Shown piece by piece: positions 1 through 8,789 of a stretch of 42,780 bases of DNA. How positions within the stretch are numbered: the first letter of the stretch is position 1; each line of letters begins with the position of its first letter. The notes under the pieces are model-generated. The model saw only the letters and a program-made list of their open reading frames with translations, ran no database searches and was not told where the DNA came from. The stretch is from the IMG/VR virus record IMGVR_UViG_3300012211_000002. The stretch is one strand, 5' to 3'. This stretch comes from a virus. The position numbers and the translations under genes were made by a program.

Positions 1-182
1 TTGCCAGTCTTCTGCTTCAATGTCCTAGCAAAGGCATCTTTAGGGGATTCTCCCTTTTTGATGAAAACATGAAGGCCATTGATGGTCCTCCACTCCCCAT
101 CCCCCATATCCTTGCTAGGGGCATACATAGACTTCTTGGAGCCGGAGCCAGCGTACAATAAGATTGCAGCTTCTAAGTTCAC
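1..182 (-). CDS. Partial protein (N-terminus only) with MNLxxAIxLYAG leader and WRTINGLHVFIK motif; putative virion cargo
   Basis: Not in ORF track. Manual translation from GTG at 182 (GTGA overlap with upstream stop): MNLEAAILLYAGSGSKKSMYAPSKDMGDGEWRTINGLHVFIKKGESPKDAFARTLKQKTG, open to the window edge. Both motifs recur in other genes here. Confidence 0.8.
   Translation of the reverse strand, partial: MNLEAAILLYAGSGSKKSMYAPSKDMGDGEWRTINGLHVFIKKGESPKDAFARTLKQKTG
30..92. repeat. Dispersed repeat, copy 1 (WRTIxGLHVFIKxGESPKDAF module); copy 2 at 7773-7835
   Basis: aaaggcatctttaggggattctccctttttgatgaaaacatgaaggccattgatggtcctcca versus aaaggcatccttgggagattctccctccttgatgaaaacatgaaggccatgtatcgtcctcca. 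Confidence 0.85.
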
Positions 183-1618
183 ATCAATCCTTGTGACTGT
201 TGACCACTGTCTTGCACCGCTGGACCGAATGTTCCAACATTGCCAAGCACTTGCGTACGATCCAAAGCCCCAATATTCTTCTCAAACACTTTGATTAGTC
301 TCTGACGATGTTCCCACAACCTACGTTTACTAATCGTTGGTAAAGTCAAAACTTGTCCATCCGGATCGTCCTCCCCACCCAACTGCCAGAACTTTTCAAA
401 GCCACCATCCGGGATCGTAACGCCATATCCTTCCGGGTGATTGAAAACGTCACTCCCGGGGAACGGAGTAAATAAGCTCATTATCACTGCATCTGGCTTC
501 ACTCGCAACACCCACTCTTCCAACTCCTCAATCGTTTCTTCTGTCTCTCCAGGGAACCCGATCATCAAGTAAGCCCTCGCGATGATTCCTGAATCTTGAC
601 ACATCTTAATCCCCGCCTCATTGGCCTCCGGAGTCGTGCCTTTATTCATCGCCTTCAACATTTTAGCGGAACCATGCTCTATGCCAAAAGCTAATTCCGT
701 GCAACCTCTAGCCGCCATGTAGGCAAACAGCTTTTCATTCTTCAGGTTCACTCTCGTGCAAGCCCTCCACTTCATTCCGTACTTGTCGAGGGCGTTGGCA
801 ATCTCACGACATCTACTTTCTTTGATGGTAAAAGTATCGTCTTGAATCCGAACGGCCTGTACTCCGATTTCGGCAAGCGAAGCAACTTCTTTCTCAATTT
901 GGGCAATGGTTTCCTCACGTAATTTTGTCCTCGCGTCTGCACAGAATTTACAACCGTATGGACATCCTCTCGCGCTGTATATGCTAGCCGTACTCAAATT
1001 ATTTGCATCGAACTTTCTACCACCAACCGAAGCCGAAGACAATCCGCCTTTCTCAAATCCTCTTTCCCAAAGATCAAAAGCTGGGCCAGCTAACTTCGTA
1101 ACGTCAGGAGGCGCTAACGACGGCATATAGTGAGCGCCTAGGCCATCAAACCAAACCAGGCCAGGGATAAACTGAGATCTACTGGCCAAGACTCCAGAAT
1201 CCACTGCATCGCAAAACTTGACAAAGCTCTCTTCGCACTCTCCTATCATTAGATAGTCAAATACTGGAAAATACTTTCTCTGCTTAAACTTTTCATGGGG
1301 ACCTTCAAAAATATGACTTACATGAGAACCACCCAAAACCTTTATCCTCGCAGGCCACTCTGCCGCCATCTCCGCTCCCCAATTTACATTGGCCGTCGTG
1401 GATGAAAGCCCCAACACATCACAAGGTTCCATGAGTTCTTTATGCAAAATTAGATTCTTTCCATCCCAACCTGTCACGGCATGGCAATCCAAAACTTTCA
1501 CATCATGACCCGCTTCTCTCAAAGAGCCTGCTAAATACAAAATACCAAGGGCAAGATGCATTTTTGGATTGAATAACTTCCATGATGGACTGTCCAACAA
1601 AATAACTTTCGCCATCAC
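179..1618 (-). CDS. Cobalamin-binding radical SAM protein (class B methyltransferase-like)
   Basis: N-terminal B12-binding pattern (LGILYLAGSLREAGHDVKVLD, VLGGSH), CxxxCxxC motif (RGCPYGCKFC), DDTFT, GIEHGS and MIGFPGET motifs. Confidence 0.9.
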   Translation of the reverse strand: MMAKVILLDSPSWKLFNPKMHLALGILYLAGSLREAGHDVKVLDCHAVTGWDGKNLILHKELMEPCDVLGLSSTTANVNWGAEMAAEWPARIKVLGGSHVSHIFEGPHEKFKQRKYFPVFDYLMIGECEESFVKFCDAVDSGVLASRSQFIPGLVWFDGLGAHYMPSLAPPDVTKLAGPAFDLWERGFEKGGLSSASVGGRKFDANNLSTASIYSARGCPYGCKFCADARTKLREETIAQIEKEVASLAEIGVQAVRIQDDTFTIKESRCREIANALDKYGMKWRACTRVNLKNEKLFAYMAARGCTELAFGIEHGSAKMLKAMNKGTTPEANEAGIKMCQDSGIIARAYLMIGFPGETEETIEELEEWVLRVKPDAVIMSLFTPFPGSDVFNHPEGYGVTIPDGGFEKFWQLGGEDDPDGQVLTLPTISKRRLWEHRQRLIKVFEKNIGALDRTQVLGNVGTFGPAVQDSGQQSQGLM

Positions 1619-2118
1619 TTCTCCTCTTTCTTCTTAGCTATTTCTGCATACAAATCTATTGCCTCTTCCTTAGAAAGTGAATCGTCACCATGCCGAGGGG
1701 ACCAGTATTCTATATTCACTTTCTTAACCTCTCTCGGCAACATTGCTAACACATCCCTGAAACTACTTTTATTCCAACCTTCTAACTCTGCCGTATCTCT
1801 CCTGATAGCTATACGAACGAAGCCCCTTTCGTAAGCGCTATGCAACCATTCTTTTAGTTTCTGCATATGTTTTATAACATCACGTGCGTATACTGGTGCA
1901 CCTGGGTGAAGCTTTTCCAAAACCTCAAAATGCACTGCCATATCAATCCCTTCCCCTGCTGGAAGAGGGTAAAACTTGCCTTTGAAAAGCCAACCAGATC
2001 CAACCACTTTCGATTCTACCTGCTTAGCTTTTCTGCCTCTACCTCTCTTGTCCCAACCTTTAGACGCACCTTCACTTGTGCCACCAGCGTACAATGAAAT
2101 AGCTTCTGCTAAATTCAT
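1615..2118 (-). CDS. Leader-motif protein (MNLAEAISLYAG + GTSEGASKGWDKRGRGRK), putative virion cargo
   Basis: 167-aa ORF; leader shared with the genes starting at 182, 4158 and 4646; second motif shared with the gene starting at 10922. Confidence 0.75.
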   Translation of the reverse strand: MNLAEAISLYAGGTSEGASKGWDKRGRGRKAKQVESKVVGSGWLFKGKFYPLPAGEGIDMAVHFEVLEKLHPGAPVYARDVIKHMQKLKEWLHSAYERGFVRIAIRRDTAELEGWNKSSFRDVLAMLPREVKKVNIEYWSPRHGDDSLSKEEAIDLYAEIAKKKEEK

Positions 2119-2125
2119 AGCCTAG

Positions 2126-2305
2126 CTACTTCTCCTCTACTCTAGGCCCATAGAAATCCATAAACGAAGTCAGCGTCTTTTCGGCATCAACTTCTTCCGT
2201 CTCTCTATCCACAAAATAAAGCACTACGAGGTTCGAACCCGACAGTTTCTCCGCTACTTTCGTCAGCGCATCCACCCATTTTCGATCCGTCTCTTGAATC
2301 GTCAT
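2126..2305 (-). CDS. Small hypothetical protein (59 aa)
   Basis: Manual translation MTIQETDRKWVDALTKVAEKL...GPRVEEK; ATGA overlap with upstream stop; fills the gap between genes. Confidence 0.6.
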   Translation of the reverse strand: MTIQETDRKWVDALTKVAEKLSGSNLVVLYFVDRETEEVDAEKTLTSFMDFYGPRVEEK

Positions 2306-3648
2306 GGCGCTGCCTTTGCCAGCCCTTGTTCCAGAGGTTTCTCCTCTAGCACAAATTCTGTCTTAGTTCTCTCCGCTACTAACGAAACCACCTTCGGAAG
2401 GGGAACAGGAAGAATAAACTTTCCACCTGCCAACATCCAAGGCTTCTCCCTCTCTTGAATTGATCGCCAAAACGAATAGGGAAGAAGCAAAAAGTAATCT
2501 GCCTTCTCTCTAGCCTCCTGCTCGCTAACGATGGGCAAGTCCAATCCCGCCATCTTCTTTCCAATCTTATGAGGATCTCGCTCTGCTACTCCCATCAACA
2601 GATCCGCAGCCTTGCCTTCCCCCAACATCGTCTGCAACAAGGTGGAGCCACGCGTGGAGGCACCATAGGCATACACCACTTTCTCAGCCGCCTTCAAAGA
2701 TTCCAAAAACGCTTTGAGATGCATCATCGAAGCCCTGACTCGCTCTCCAAATTGCTTGTACGCTCTCTCTGCCGTAAAGCCCAACTCTGAAGCCAACAAC
2801 TTCTTCACTGCTCTTTTCCTGGGCCAGCGTCCCCCTTTTCTAGCCAAAATTCTCAGGCTGCCCCCATTCACATCGTTCAAGGACACTTGCACAACTCTCA
2901 ACCCGTTCTGTTCCAACAGATTCTTCATTACCGAAAAGGAATAGTAACCAAGATGCTCATGGCTGATATTATCAAACGTCATGTTCTCTAGCATCAACAT
3001 CAGGTAGTTCATCTGCACCAGAAAAAGTCCATCCTCTTCCAGGACTTCCACCACGTCTTTCACAAACTGAACTGGATCTTCAAGATCATAAAACATTGCC
3101 ACCGCCGTGCAGGCTTTATATTTCTTGCCACCAGATACTATCAAAGCTGCCTCTGCATTAAAGTAATCCGGCACTATCTTTGCATCTGGAAATCTTGCCT
3201 GGGCTTCTTCCGCTAACTGATACGCCGGCTCGAACCCGACGCGTAGACAGCTTCTTGGATAATGGAAAAGTCCCTCTCCATCGTTGACCCCTATGTCCAG
3301 AATCCCATCTCCTTCTTTCAACTGAACGTACTTCCGCACCGTAACCGCCACGTCTCTCAAAGCTAAACGCATCTGCTCATTGACACTGGAGCGATAGAAA
3401 AATCTCCTGTAGAGAGTATCGGCCTCCACAGTATGGCGAAGCTGAAGCAGAGTGCAGCTAGAACAAGCCACTAGCTGCAAGGGGGCTTTCCCCCTACCCT
3501 CTTCTCCTTCTGCCAGAAAATCCACTATCGTCTGCTTCCCCAAATCCAACACATTCTCTTTGGGAAGTTCCTGCCCACAAATCCGACAGTTCGTTCTCTC
3601 TACGCACAGCATCTTGGCAGCATCCGCAACACTGATCTCTATTCCCAA
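2302..3648 (-). CDS. NDP-hexose C-methyltransferase family protein
   Basis: N-terminal Zn motif (CRICG...CSSCTLLQL), LDIGVNDG SAM motif, FDNISHEHLGYYS, NGGSLR, YGASTRGSTLL, GGKFILPVP C-terminus. Confidence 0.9.
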   Translation of the reverse strand: MGIEISVADAAKMLCVERTNCRICGQELPKENVLDLGKQTIVDFLAEGEEGRGKAPLQLVACSSCTLLQLRHTVEADTLYRRFFYRSSVNEQMRLALRDVAVTVRKYVQLKEGDGILDIGVNDGEGLFHYPRSCLRVGFEPAYQLAEEAQARFPDAKIVPDYFNAEAALIVSGGKKYKACTAVAMFYDLEDPVQFVKDVVEVLEEDGLFLVQMNYLMLMLENMTFDNISHEHLGYYSFSVMKNLLEQNGLRVVQVSLNDVNGGSLRILARKGGRWPRKRAVKKLLASELGFTAERAYKQFGERVRASMMHLKAFLESLKAAEKVVYAYGASTRGSTLLQTMLGEGKAADLLMGVAERDPHKIGKKMAGLDLPIVSEQEAREKADYFLLLPYSFWRSIQEREKPWMLAGGKFILPVPLPKVVSLVAERTKTEFVLEEKPLEQGLAKAAP

Positions 3649-3669
3649 TCAACTTACCAAGAGTGTTCG

Positions 3670-4158
3670 TCATGCTGCCTTCTTTTGCGCCATCCAAGCT
3701 CTCATCTCTCTACCCAGTTCCCCCACCCTACTACCATGGAATGAGAACTGTTCTTTCGTAGCCGGATTGTAATACTCTACTGTTGCCCCAAACTCCCTGA
3801 ATTCCGGATGACCCGCTACCTGCAAAACCTTATCTATCGTCTCCTCATCCTTTTTCCCAAAGGTGATTCCAGGGCCACCCGCTGAAACCGTAACCAGAAT
3901 TCCACCCTGCTTCATGAACTTCTCGAAACTCTTGCCCCAGCCAGAAAAGTAACTAGCATGATTTACTACTTCCTTGGAAGCCCCATCTGATTCAATCACA
4001 TAGTGATGCATTGCTGCTTGCTCTCGCGCTGATACTGATGGAGGAGCCCTAAACACATTCGTATTTCTGACAAACGATACAGGCCTCCCACAAATAGGGC
4101 CGTGGCAACCAGAGCCGACTCCTCCTCCATACAGCGAAATGGCTACCGCTAGATTCAT
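3670..4158 (-). CDS. Leader-motif protein (MNLAVAISLYGG + GVGSGCHGPICGRP)
   Basis: Start moved to ATG 4158 (ATGA overlap); its first 28 bp differ from the 4646 gene by one base. Confidence 0.75.
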   Translation of the reverse strand: MNLAVAISLYGGGVGSGCHGPICGRPVSFVRNTNVFRAPPSVSAREQAAMHHYVIESDGASKEVVNHASYFSGWGKSFEKFMKQGGILVTVSAGGPGITFGKKDEETIDKVLQVAGHPEFREFGATVEYYNPATKEQFSFHGSRVGELGREMRAWMAQKKAA

Positions 4159-4646
4159 GCTGCTTTCTTCTTCCAAAACTCTAGCTGCTTATCAACAGCT
4201 TTCCCCAAATTCTCCCAGCCCTCTGGGATATAAAGCGATCCTGGCCTACCTACTGATTGATCCATAATTAGCTGCTTCCCGTAATAACCGCCAGCAATCA
4301 TATCATCTTCAATTTTACTAACCACTTCTGGGGTGATAGCCGCCACTTCAAAGGTATTATGATCCACTTTACGCACCCAGCCATCTCTTATCATCTGCCT
4401 CCAGTCAGTCCCTAATTTTGTAGCAACCTGAGAATGCTCTTGATCACCATTGTCAATTGCATGAGTTCTTCCAGGAGCAATCCAACTAGCTCTAGGAGAT
4501 CTTACTCCCGATCCCAATTCCTTAACCCGAAAACCTTGCCTCTCCGCTTCTCGTATAAGGTCTAATGGCTTCCTGCCACAGTTCGGACCAGTGCAACCAG
4601 AACCTGGGCCACCACCATACAACGAAATGGCTACCGCTAGATTCAT
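4155..4646 (-). CDS. Leader-motif protein (MNLAVAISLYGG + GPGSGCTGPNCGRKP)
   Basis: 163-aa ORF, TAATG overlap with the upstream gene; motif shared with the 4158 and 11729 genes. Confidence 0.75.
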   Translation of the reverse strand: MNLAVAISLYGGGPGSGCTGPNCGRKPLDLIREAERQGFRVKELGSGVRSPRASWIAPGRTHAIDNGDQEHSQVATKLGTDWRQMIRDGWVRKVDHNTFEVAAITPEVVSKIEDDMIAGGYYGKQLIMDQSVGRPGSLYIPEGWENLGKAVDKQLEFWKKKAA

Positions 4647-5131
4647 TAAGCGCCCTGCGCAAAACTCAGTTTCATCTGCGACTCTTGCTTCTGCTCCGAA
4701 GACCGCTCCAGGGAGAATCCAAAGATCTTCTCCGCTATCTTTCCCGCTCCATACAGCTCGTTCAACTCACTGATTAACTTCGCTCTAGCATCTCCCAACT
4801 TAGCTATATGCTTTGCCTGCATAGCCAACTTGGACAATTCCAAATCTGAAAGTTCTCGAATCCTGTCATAAGCTTCCCACAAAAGGGAATTCACCGCTAT
4901 TAGCCCAACTTTTTTCTGGGAGAGTTCCACCTGTACGTCTTCCCACCGGTCCATATGCATATGCTCTTCCAACAGAGAGGCTTCCCAACCTCTTAGGTAT
5001 TCTTCCAAACTCGCTTTCTCTACCTGAAAGATCACTCTGTTCATCTGCTTCTTCTCTGCCGCTGCTATCTTCAGATCCAAGATGGTCAAACGGTCCACTA
5101 CAAACCCCGGTGCTGGACTCAGTAGTTTCAT
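4646..5131 (-). CDS. Helical protein resembling DUF6165/DUF4254-type families
   Basis: VVDRLTILDLKI...VNSLLWEAYDRIR...DARAKLISELNELYG pattern; family recalled from memory. Confidence 0.55.
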   Translation of the reverse strand: MKLLSPAPGFVVDRLTILDLKIAAAEKKQMNRVIFQVEKASLEEYLRGWEASLLEEHMHMDRWEDVQVELSQKKVGLIAVNSLLWEAYDRIRELSDLELSKLAMQAKHIAKLGDARAKLISELNELYGAGKIAEKIFGFSLERSSEQKQESQMKLSFAQGA

Positions 5132-5136
5132 TTTCT

Positions 5137-5274
5137 TTAAGCCTCCCGTTTCTCAAGTTCTGTCTGCCAATACACAAACTTTTCCACTCTATACTCTATG
5201 CACTCGTCGCAGAAGCAAAACTCACCATGCTCTAGCTGCTCTTGTTCCTCCTTCTCATTTTTCTGAAGCTCCAT
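5137..5274 (-). CDS. Small Cys-containing protein (45 aa)
   Basis: Manual translation MELQKNEKEEQEQLEHGEFCFCDECIEYRVEKFVYWQTELEKREA; GAGGTG Shine-Dalgarno upstream. Confidence 0.55.
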   Translation of the reverse strand: MELQKNEKEEQEQLEHGEFCFCDECIEYRVEKFVYWQTELEKREA

Positions 5275-5288
5275 AAGTCACCTCCTAC

Positions 5289-5609
5289 TCAAGATTTGAA
5301 AGCTGCACGGTACCATACGTGCTGCAAAAGGTACGTCTGCACCACCTTCCAAATCGCCGTTACAATAGAAACCAAACCAATACCCGTGATCGTTAACGTG
5401 CCACCCGTGTAAGTCCAACTCAAACCAACAGCTGTTCCAGCTGCTGCCACTGCTGCTACGATCCTTGTCACCCAAGGTGTATCTTTCGTAATCCAAGCCA
5501 ACCAGGGATGATTTGAAGTCTTTAGAATCTGAATTACAAAAGCTACCAAACCAGGAATAGTCAACTGGTTCAAGAGGGGCCCAATATCAAGAGTCTGCGT
5601 TGCCACCAT
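5289..5609 (-). CDS. Holin-like membrane protein
   Basis: 106 aa, about three hydrophobic segments, GGAGG RBS; endolysin lies 4 kb upstream. Confidence 0.5.
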   Translation of the reverse strand: MVATQTLDIGPLLNQLTIPGLVAFVIQILKTSNHPWLAWITKDTPWVTRIVAAVAAAGTAVGLSWTYTGGTLTITGIGLVSIVTAIWKVVQTYLLQHVWYRAAFKS

Positions 5610-5610
5610 T

Positions 5611-6165
5611 TTATTTCCCTCCCAATTGCAACTGCACTAGCTCTGCTTCTTCTTTTCTGAAAGGAAGCAAAGCCCAACCAGCATCTCGACGTTCTATGCC
5701 TTTATCGTCTATCTCTGTTCCTGGACTACAACCCCATTTTTTACACATCCTCGGCTTCCTCTCATGGATTGTACAAAGAGAGGTCTCATCATCCAAGTAA
5801 ACACAAGAAGTATTTCCCTCTTTTGCCGCTAGGATGAAAACTCCATTTCGAGTGGGGTGCTTTCTGGTCTGGTAATTATCTACTTCATCCGGTTCTAATT
5901 CTACACTATAGCCAACTCTGATCCGGCAACACATGCCACGGCAGTATGGAAGCACATCTACACAGCTGGCATTAAACTGCAAAAGCCCTAGAGCACCATT
6001 CCAAACAAGATCTATGCTGCCAGAAGGGACTGTCACTAGAGTACGTTTTTCTTCCACAAACGCCTCTTTTCTGTTCGACTGCAAAGGGCCCCTTTCTACG
6101 GGGCCAGCTATGTTGAATAAGGAGCCCTCTTTGCAACGACCACAAGCCCGGGAAATCGGGTACAA
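5611..6165 (-). CDS. YkgJ/CxxCxxCC family Fe-S or zinc cluster protein (start uncertain, probably shorter)
   Basis: CVDVLPYCRGMCC...CVYLDDETSLCTIHERKPRMCKKWGC. Confidence 0.75.
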   Translation of the reverse strand: MYPISRACGRCKEGSLFNIAGPVERGPLQSNRKEAFVEEKRTLVTVPSGSIDLVWNGALGLLQFNASCVDVLPYCRGMCCRIRVGYSVELEPDEVDNYQTRKHPTRNGVFILAAKEGNTSCVYLDDETSLCTIHERKPRMCKKWGCSPGTEIDDKGIERRDAGWALLPFRKEEAELVQLQLGGK

Positions 6166-6198
6166 CCGGGTCCCTAATAGGAAGTTCCAAGTCTATTT

Positions 6199-6387
6199 TC
6201 AGGTTCCGGGAGCCGTAGTGTCCCCAGGCCCGACGGGTTTACGAACACTGCTCTTATCCGTAGCTAGAGCTTCATCTGCTGACTTCGCACCTCCTTGTTT
6301 CCAAATCTGATTCGTCGGCTCAGCTTTTTTGAGAGGCGTAGGTGTGGACGTTGGACTCTGGCGCTCTGCTTTTATCTCATTACTCAT
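6199..6387 (-). CDS. Small low-complexity hypothetical protein
   Basis: ATG 6387 (MSNEIK) preceded by AAAAGGAG. Confidence 0.6.
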   Translation of the reverse strand: MSNEIKAERQSPTSTPTPLKKAEPTNQIWKQGGAKSADEALATDKSSVRKPVGPGDTTAPGT

Positions 6388-6407
6388 TGCTGTTCTCCTT
6401 TTCTGAG

Positions 6408-6713
6408 TTAATCTGAACAAGTTCTCATATGCTTAACCATTTCTCCTGCTTTAATCACCTTGCCACAAGACTTACATTTCATACCCGCTTGCACTTTCTC
6501 GAAACCTCTCATACCCGCCGACTCTAACTCTTTCCGGTGATGAACTCCCAAATGTGCAGCAGCTGCTCTTGGGTGATCCACGTGATCCCCACACAACTTA
6601 CAGGTATGACCTCCCTTCGGATCGTCTTCAAAGTTCTCTTTCACTCCAGCAAAGATTTCTACTGTTGCTGCCAGAGTCATTTCTTCCTTCTGCAAATAGT
6701 CTCCTATTCTCAT
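6408..6713 (-). CDS. Small double zinc-finger protein with leader-like segment (MTLAATVEIFAG)
   Basis: CKLCG...HLGVHH and CKSCG...HMRTC motifs. Confidence 0.65.
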   Translation of the reverse strand: MRIGDYLQKEEMTLAATVEIFAGVKENFEDDPKGGHTCKLCGDHVDHPRAAAAHLGVHHRKELESAGMRGFEKVQAGMKCKSCGKVIKAGEMVKHMRTCSD

Positions 6714-6838
6714 AGGCGCTCCTTGTCCACCTTAACTTTCTTCTTTCCAGAAACTTTAGGCTTAATGACATTTTCCTTGGCTGGAAACAACTTAGTGAAA
6801 TCCGGGATCTTGGGATCGAACTTAATTACAGAAACCAT
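6710..6838 (-). CDS. Small basic ORF (42 aa) directly after the ADP-ribosyltransferase
   Basis: Manual translation MVSVIKFDPKIPDFTKLFPAKENVIKPKVSGKKKVKVDKERL; begins just after the ART stop and overlaps the next ATG. Confidence 0.45.
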   Translation of the reverse strand: MVSVIKFDPKIPDFTKLFPAKENVIKPKVSGKKKVKVDKERL

Positions 6839-6839
6839 C

Positions 6840-7982
6840 TTAGTACACTCCCGTCTGGCTCATCTTAATCACCATCTTCCTGCCTTGTCGTTCTACACCA
6901 GTAATCTGAAACTTCCCATAGCTTATGGCCTCTTCTTCTTTCTCTGTGCTCATCCAAGCAGCGTTCAGAGCTCTGGCTCCTTTCTCCACTTTGAACATAT
7001 AGCTGTACGGATACTTCTCATTCTTCCCTCCCATAAACTGAGTTGCTATTTCTCTCTTATAGGAGAAGGATCTCGCACCCGTAAGCTGAAACTCACTTCC
7101 TTCTTTCAAATTCTCAAACTCAGCTATAGGCGTATCCGAACCGACCCCTCTGTACATCACAGACTTAGTTGAAGGAGCTATTCTAAAAGCCGAAACAATC
7201 ATAGGCACTGTTCTATAAGTAGGAAGATTAGGATCCGCTTTAGCTTTCTCCGCCCAATTGGCCGGACCTTCCGTAACATACTGGGAAATAGCCGCTGTCC
7301 ACCTGTCGCTATTATACCGAGTGTAATCTCCTATAAAACTACGAAAGCTTGCTATCTTACCTATCAACGCATCAGATCTACTTGCACCCTTCGTTTTTAC
7401 ATAATCCCAAAGCCTTTTTCCACCAGGAGTATCTGCATTAGTAGGATCTTTGAAAGCCTCATTATCCCATGCTCTCTTAGCTGCTTGTGCTTCTGGGGTA
7501 TTCGCATCTTCTGTCTTTGGAGCAGAGGATCTTATTAAATTAGCTAAACTATCTGGAATCTTTCCGTTTGGATCATCAATAGCTCCCTGCTCCGTAGGCT
7601 GCTCTTTCTGTTTTTCTGCTGGAGCTGTTATCGCTGCTCTCGTCTGCTTCTTCTCCAAATCTTCACTCTGCTCCTTAGCTATATGCGCAGGAGCCTTTGC
7701 AGGAATCCCTTCTTTCTTACTAGGCTCTTTCAGAGGCGCATACTTCTCTTTCATAGTTCTGAAAGTCCTATCAAAGGCATCCTTGGGAGATTCTCCCTCC
7801 TTGATGAAAACATGAAGGCCATGTATCGTCCTCCATACACCAGCTTCTCCACTATTGTCTCCCACCAATCCAGTAGCAGTAATCGTAGGCACACTAGAAG
7901 CAAAAGGCCAGTAACCATAGCCATGAAACACACTGCCAACTTTCTTCCGCGCTCTGGGAATCATCTTGCTGTAGGGATTCAA
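6840..7982 (-). CDS. ADP-ribosyltransferase (R-S-E clade, VIP2/Alt-like) with N-terminal WRTIHGLHVFIK module
   Basis: C-terminal MYRGV, ARSFS and KEEEA motifs in canonical order; start placed at TTG 7982 after AGGAG (ATG 7964 is the alternative). Confidence 0.8.
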   Translation of the reverse strand: MNPYSKMIPRARKKVGSVFHGYGYWPFASSVPTITATGLVGDNSGEAGVWRTIHGLHVFIKEGESPKDAFDRTFRTMKEKYAPLKEPSKKEGIPAKAPAHIAKEQSEDLEKKQTRAAITAPAEKQKEQPTEQGAIDDPNGKIPDSLANLIRSSAPKTEDANTPEAQAAKRAWDNEAFKDPTNADTPGGKRLWDYVKTKGASRSDALIGKIASFRSFIGDYTRYNSDRWTAAISQYVTEGPANWAEKAKADPNLPTYRTVPMIVSAFRIAPSTKSVMYRGVGSDTPIAEFENLKEGSEFQLTGARSFSYKREIATQFMGGKNEKYPYSYMFKVEKGARALNAAWMSTEKEEEAISYGKFQITGVERQGRKMVIKMSQTGVY

Positions 7983-7992
7983 CTCTCTTCTC

Positions 7993-8754
7993 CTAGAATC
8001 CACCCGGTCTCTGAGGCCTCGTTCCCGCCATTCCCCTTGTCCCAACTTTAGGTCTTTGCTGTTGCTGCAACTGAGACTGCTGCTGCTTCATCTGTTGCTG
8101 CTGTAGCTTCATTCTTTGCATCTGAGGATCTTGCTGCTCCATCTGTTCATTGCCCAAAAAGTCCCGCAACTTCCCTGCTCCTCTACCCATACCTACAGAA
8201 GAGCCCCATCTGCCATCTTTGCCAACTGTAACCGTCTTACCTGTCTGAGGATGTTTGTAATAACTGTTACCCTGATCGTCCTTGTGAATCTTCTGATATC
8301 CGGCCTGCCTCAAGGCGGAATGATGATTCGTATCATCTCCCTGCTGCAACGTATTTCTAACCAGGTTCTCACCCAAGGACTTCACATCTGGCCCCTGCGC
8401 CCTCTGTGCTCCTGGACCAAATCTAGTCCAACTCCCATCCGATTTTACAAGGATCATATCCCCATCCTGCCCCTGAAATGACTGCCCGATGGGTTGCCCT
8501 TGCGCATCTTCATCAGCACCTTGGAATTCATAACCAAGCTTCGTCAGAAGCTTGACATAAGGGGCCGCCGTTAAGGCAGGGTCTTGCTGAGGCTGTTGCT
8601 GCTGCATACCCGGCTGTCCCATCTGCTGCTGCCTTGCTGGGGACGGGCCACCAGGCACTCCCTGATTCCCAGCACCAGGAGGCATCTGCTGTTGCCCAAA
8701 TCCACCAGCACATCTCAATACTTCTGTTGCAAAGAATTCTGCTATTCTTGGCAT
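7993..8754 (-). CDS. Gln/Gly-rich protein with two small duplicated domains
   Basis: Poly-Q ends; LTKLGY...ILVKSDGSW and LRQAGY...VTVGKDGRW repeats; GAGGAG RBS. Confidence 0.7.
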   Translation of the reverse strand: MPRIAEFFATEVLRCAGGFGQQQMPPGAGNQGVPGGPSPARQQQMGQPGMQQQQPQQDPALTAAPYVKLLTKLGYEFQGADEDAQGQPIGQSFQGQDGDMILVKSDGSWTRFGPGAQRAQGPDVKSLGENLVRNTLQQGDDTNHHSALRQAGYQKIHKDDQGNSYYKHPQTGKTVTVGKDGRWGSSVGMGRGAGKLRDFLGNEQMEQQDPQMQRMKLQQQQMKQQQSQLQQQQRPKVGTRGMAGTRPQRPGGF

Positions 8755-8789
8755 GTTAGACTCCTCAATGTCTGACTAATATTCAATTT

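Noticed and set aside
2225-2245. GGTTCGAACCC resembling a tRNA T-loop
   Set aside because: No acceptor, D or anticodon arms can be folded, and it lies within a plausible small CDS.
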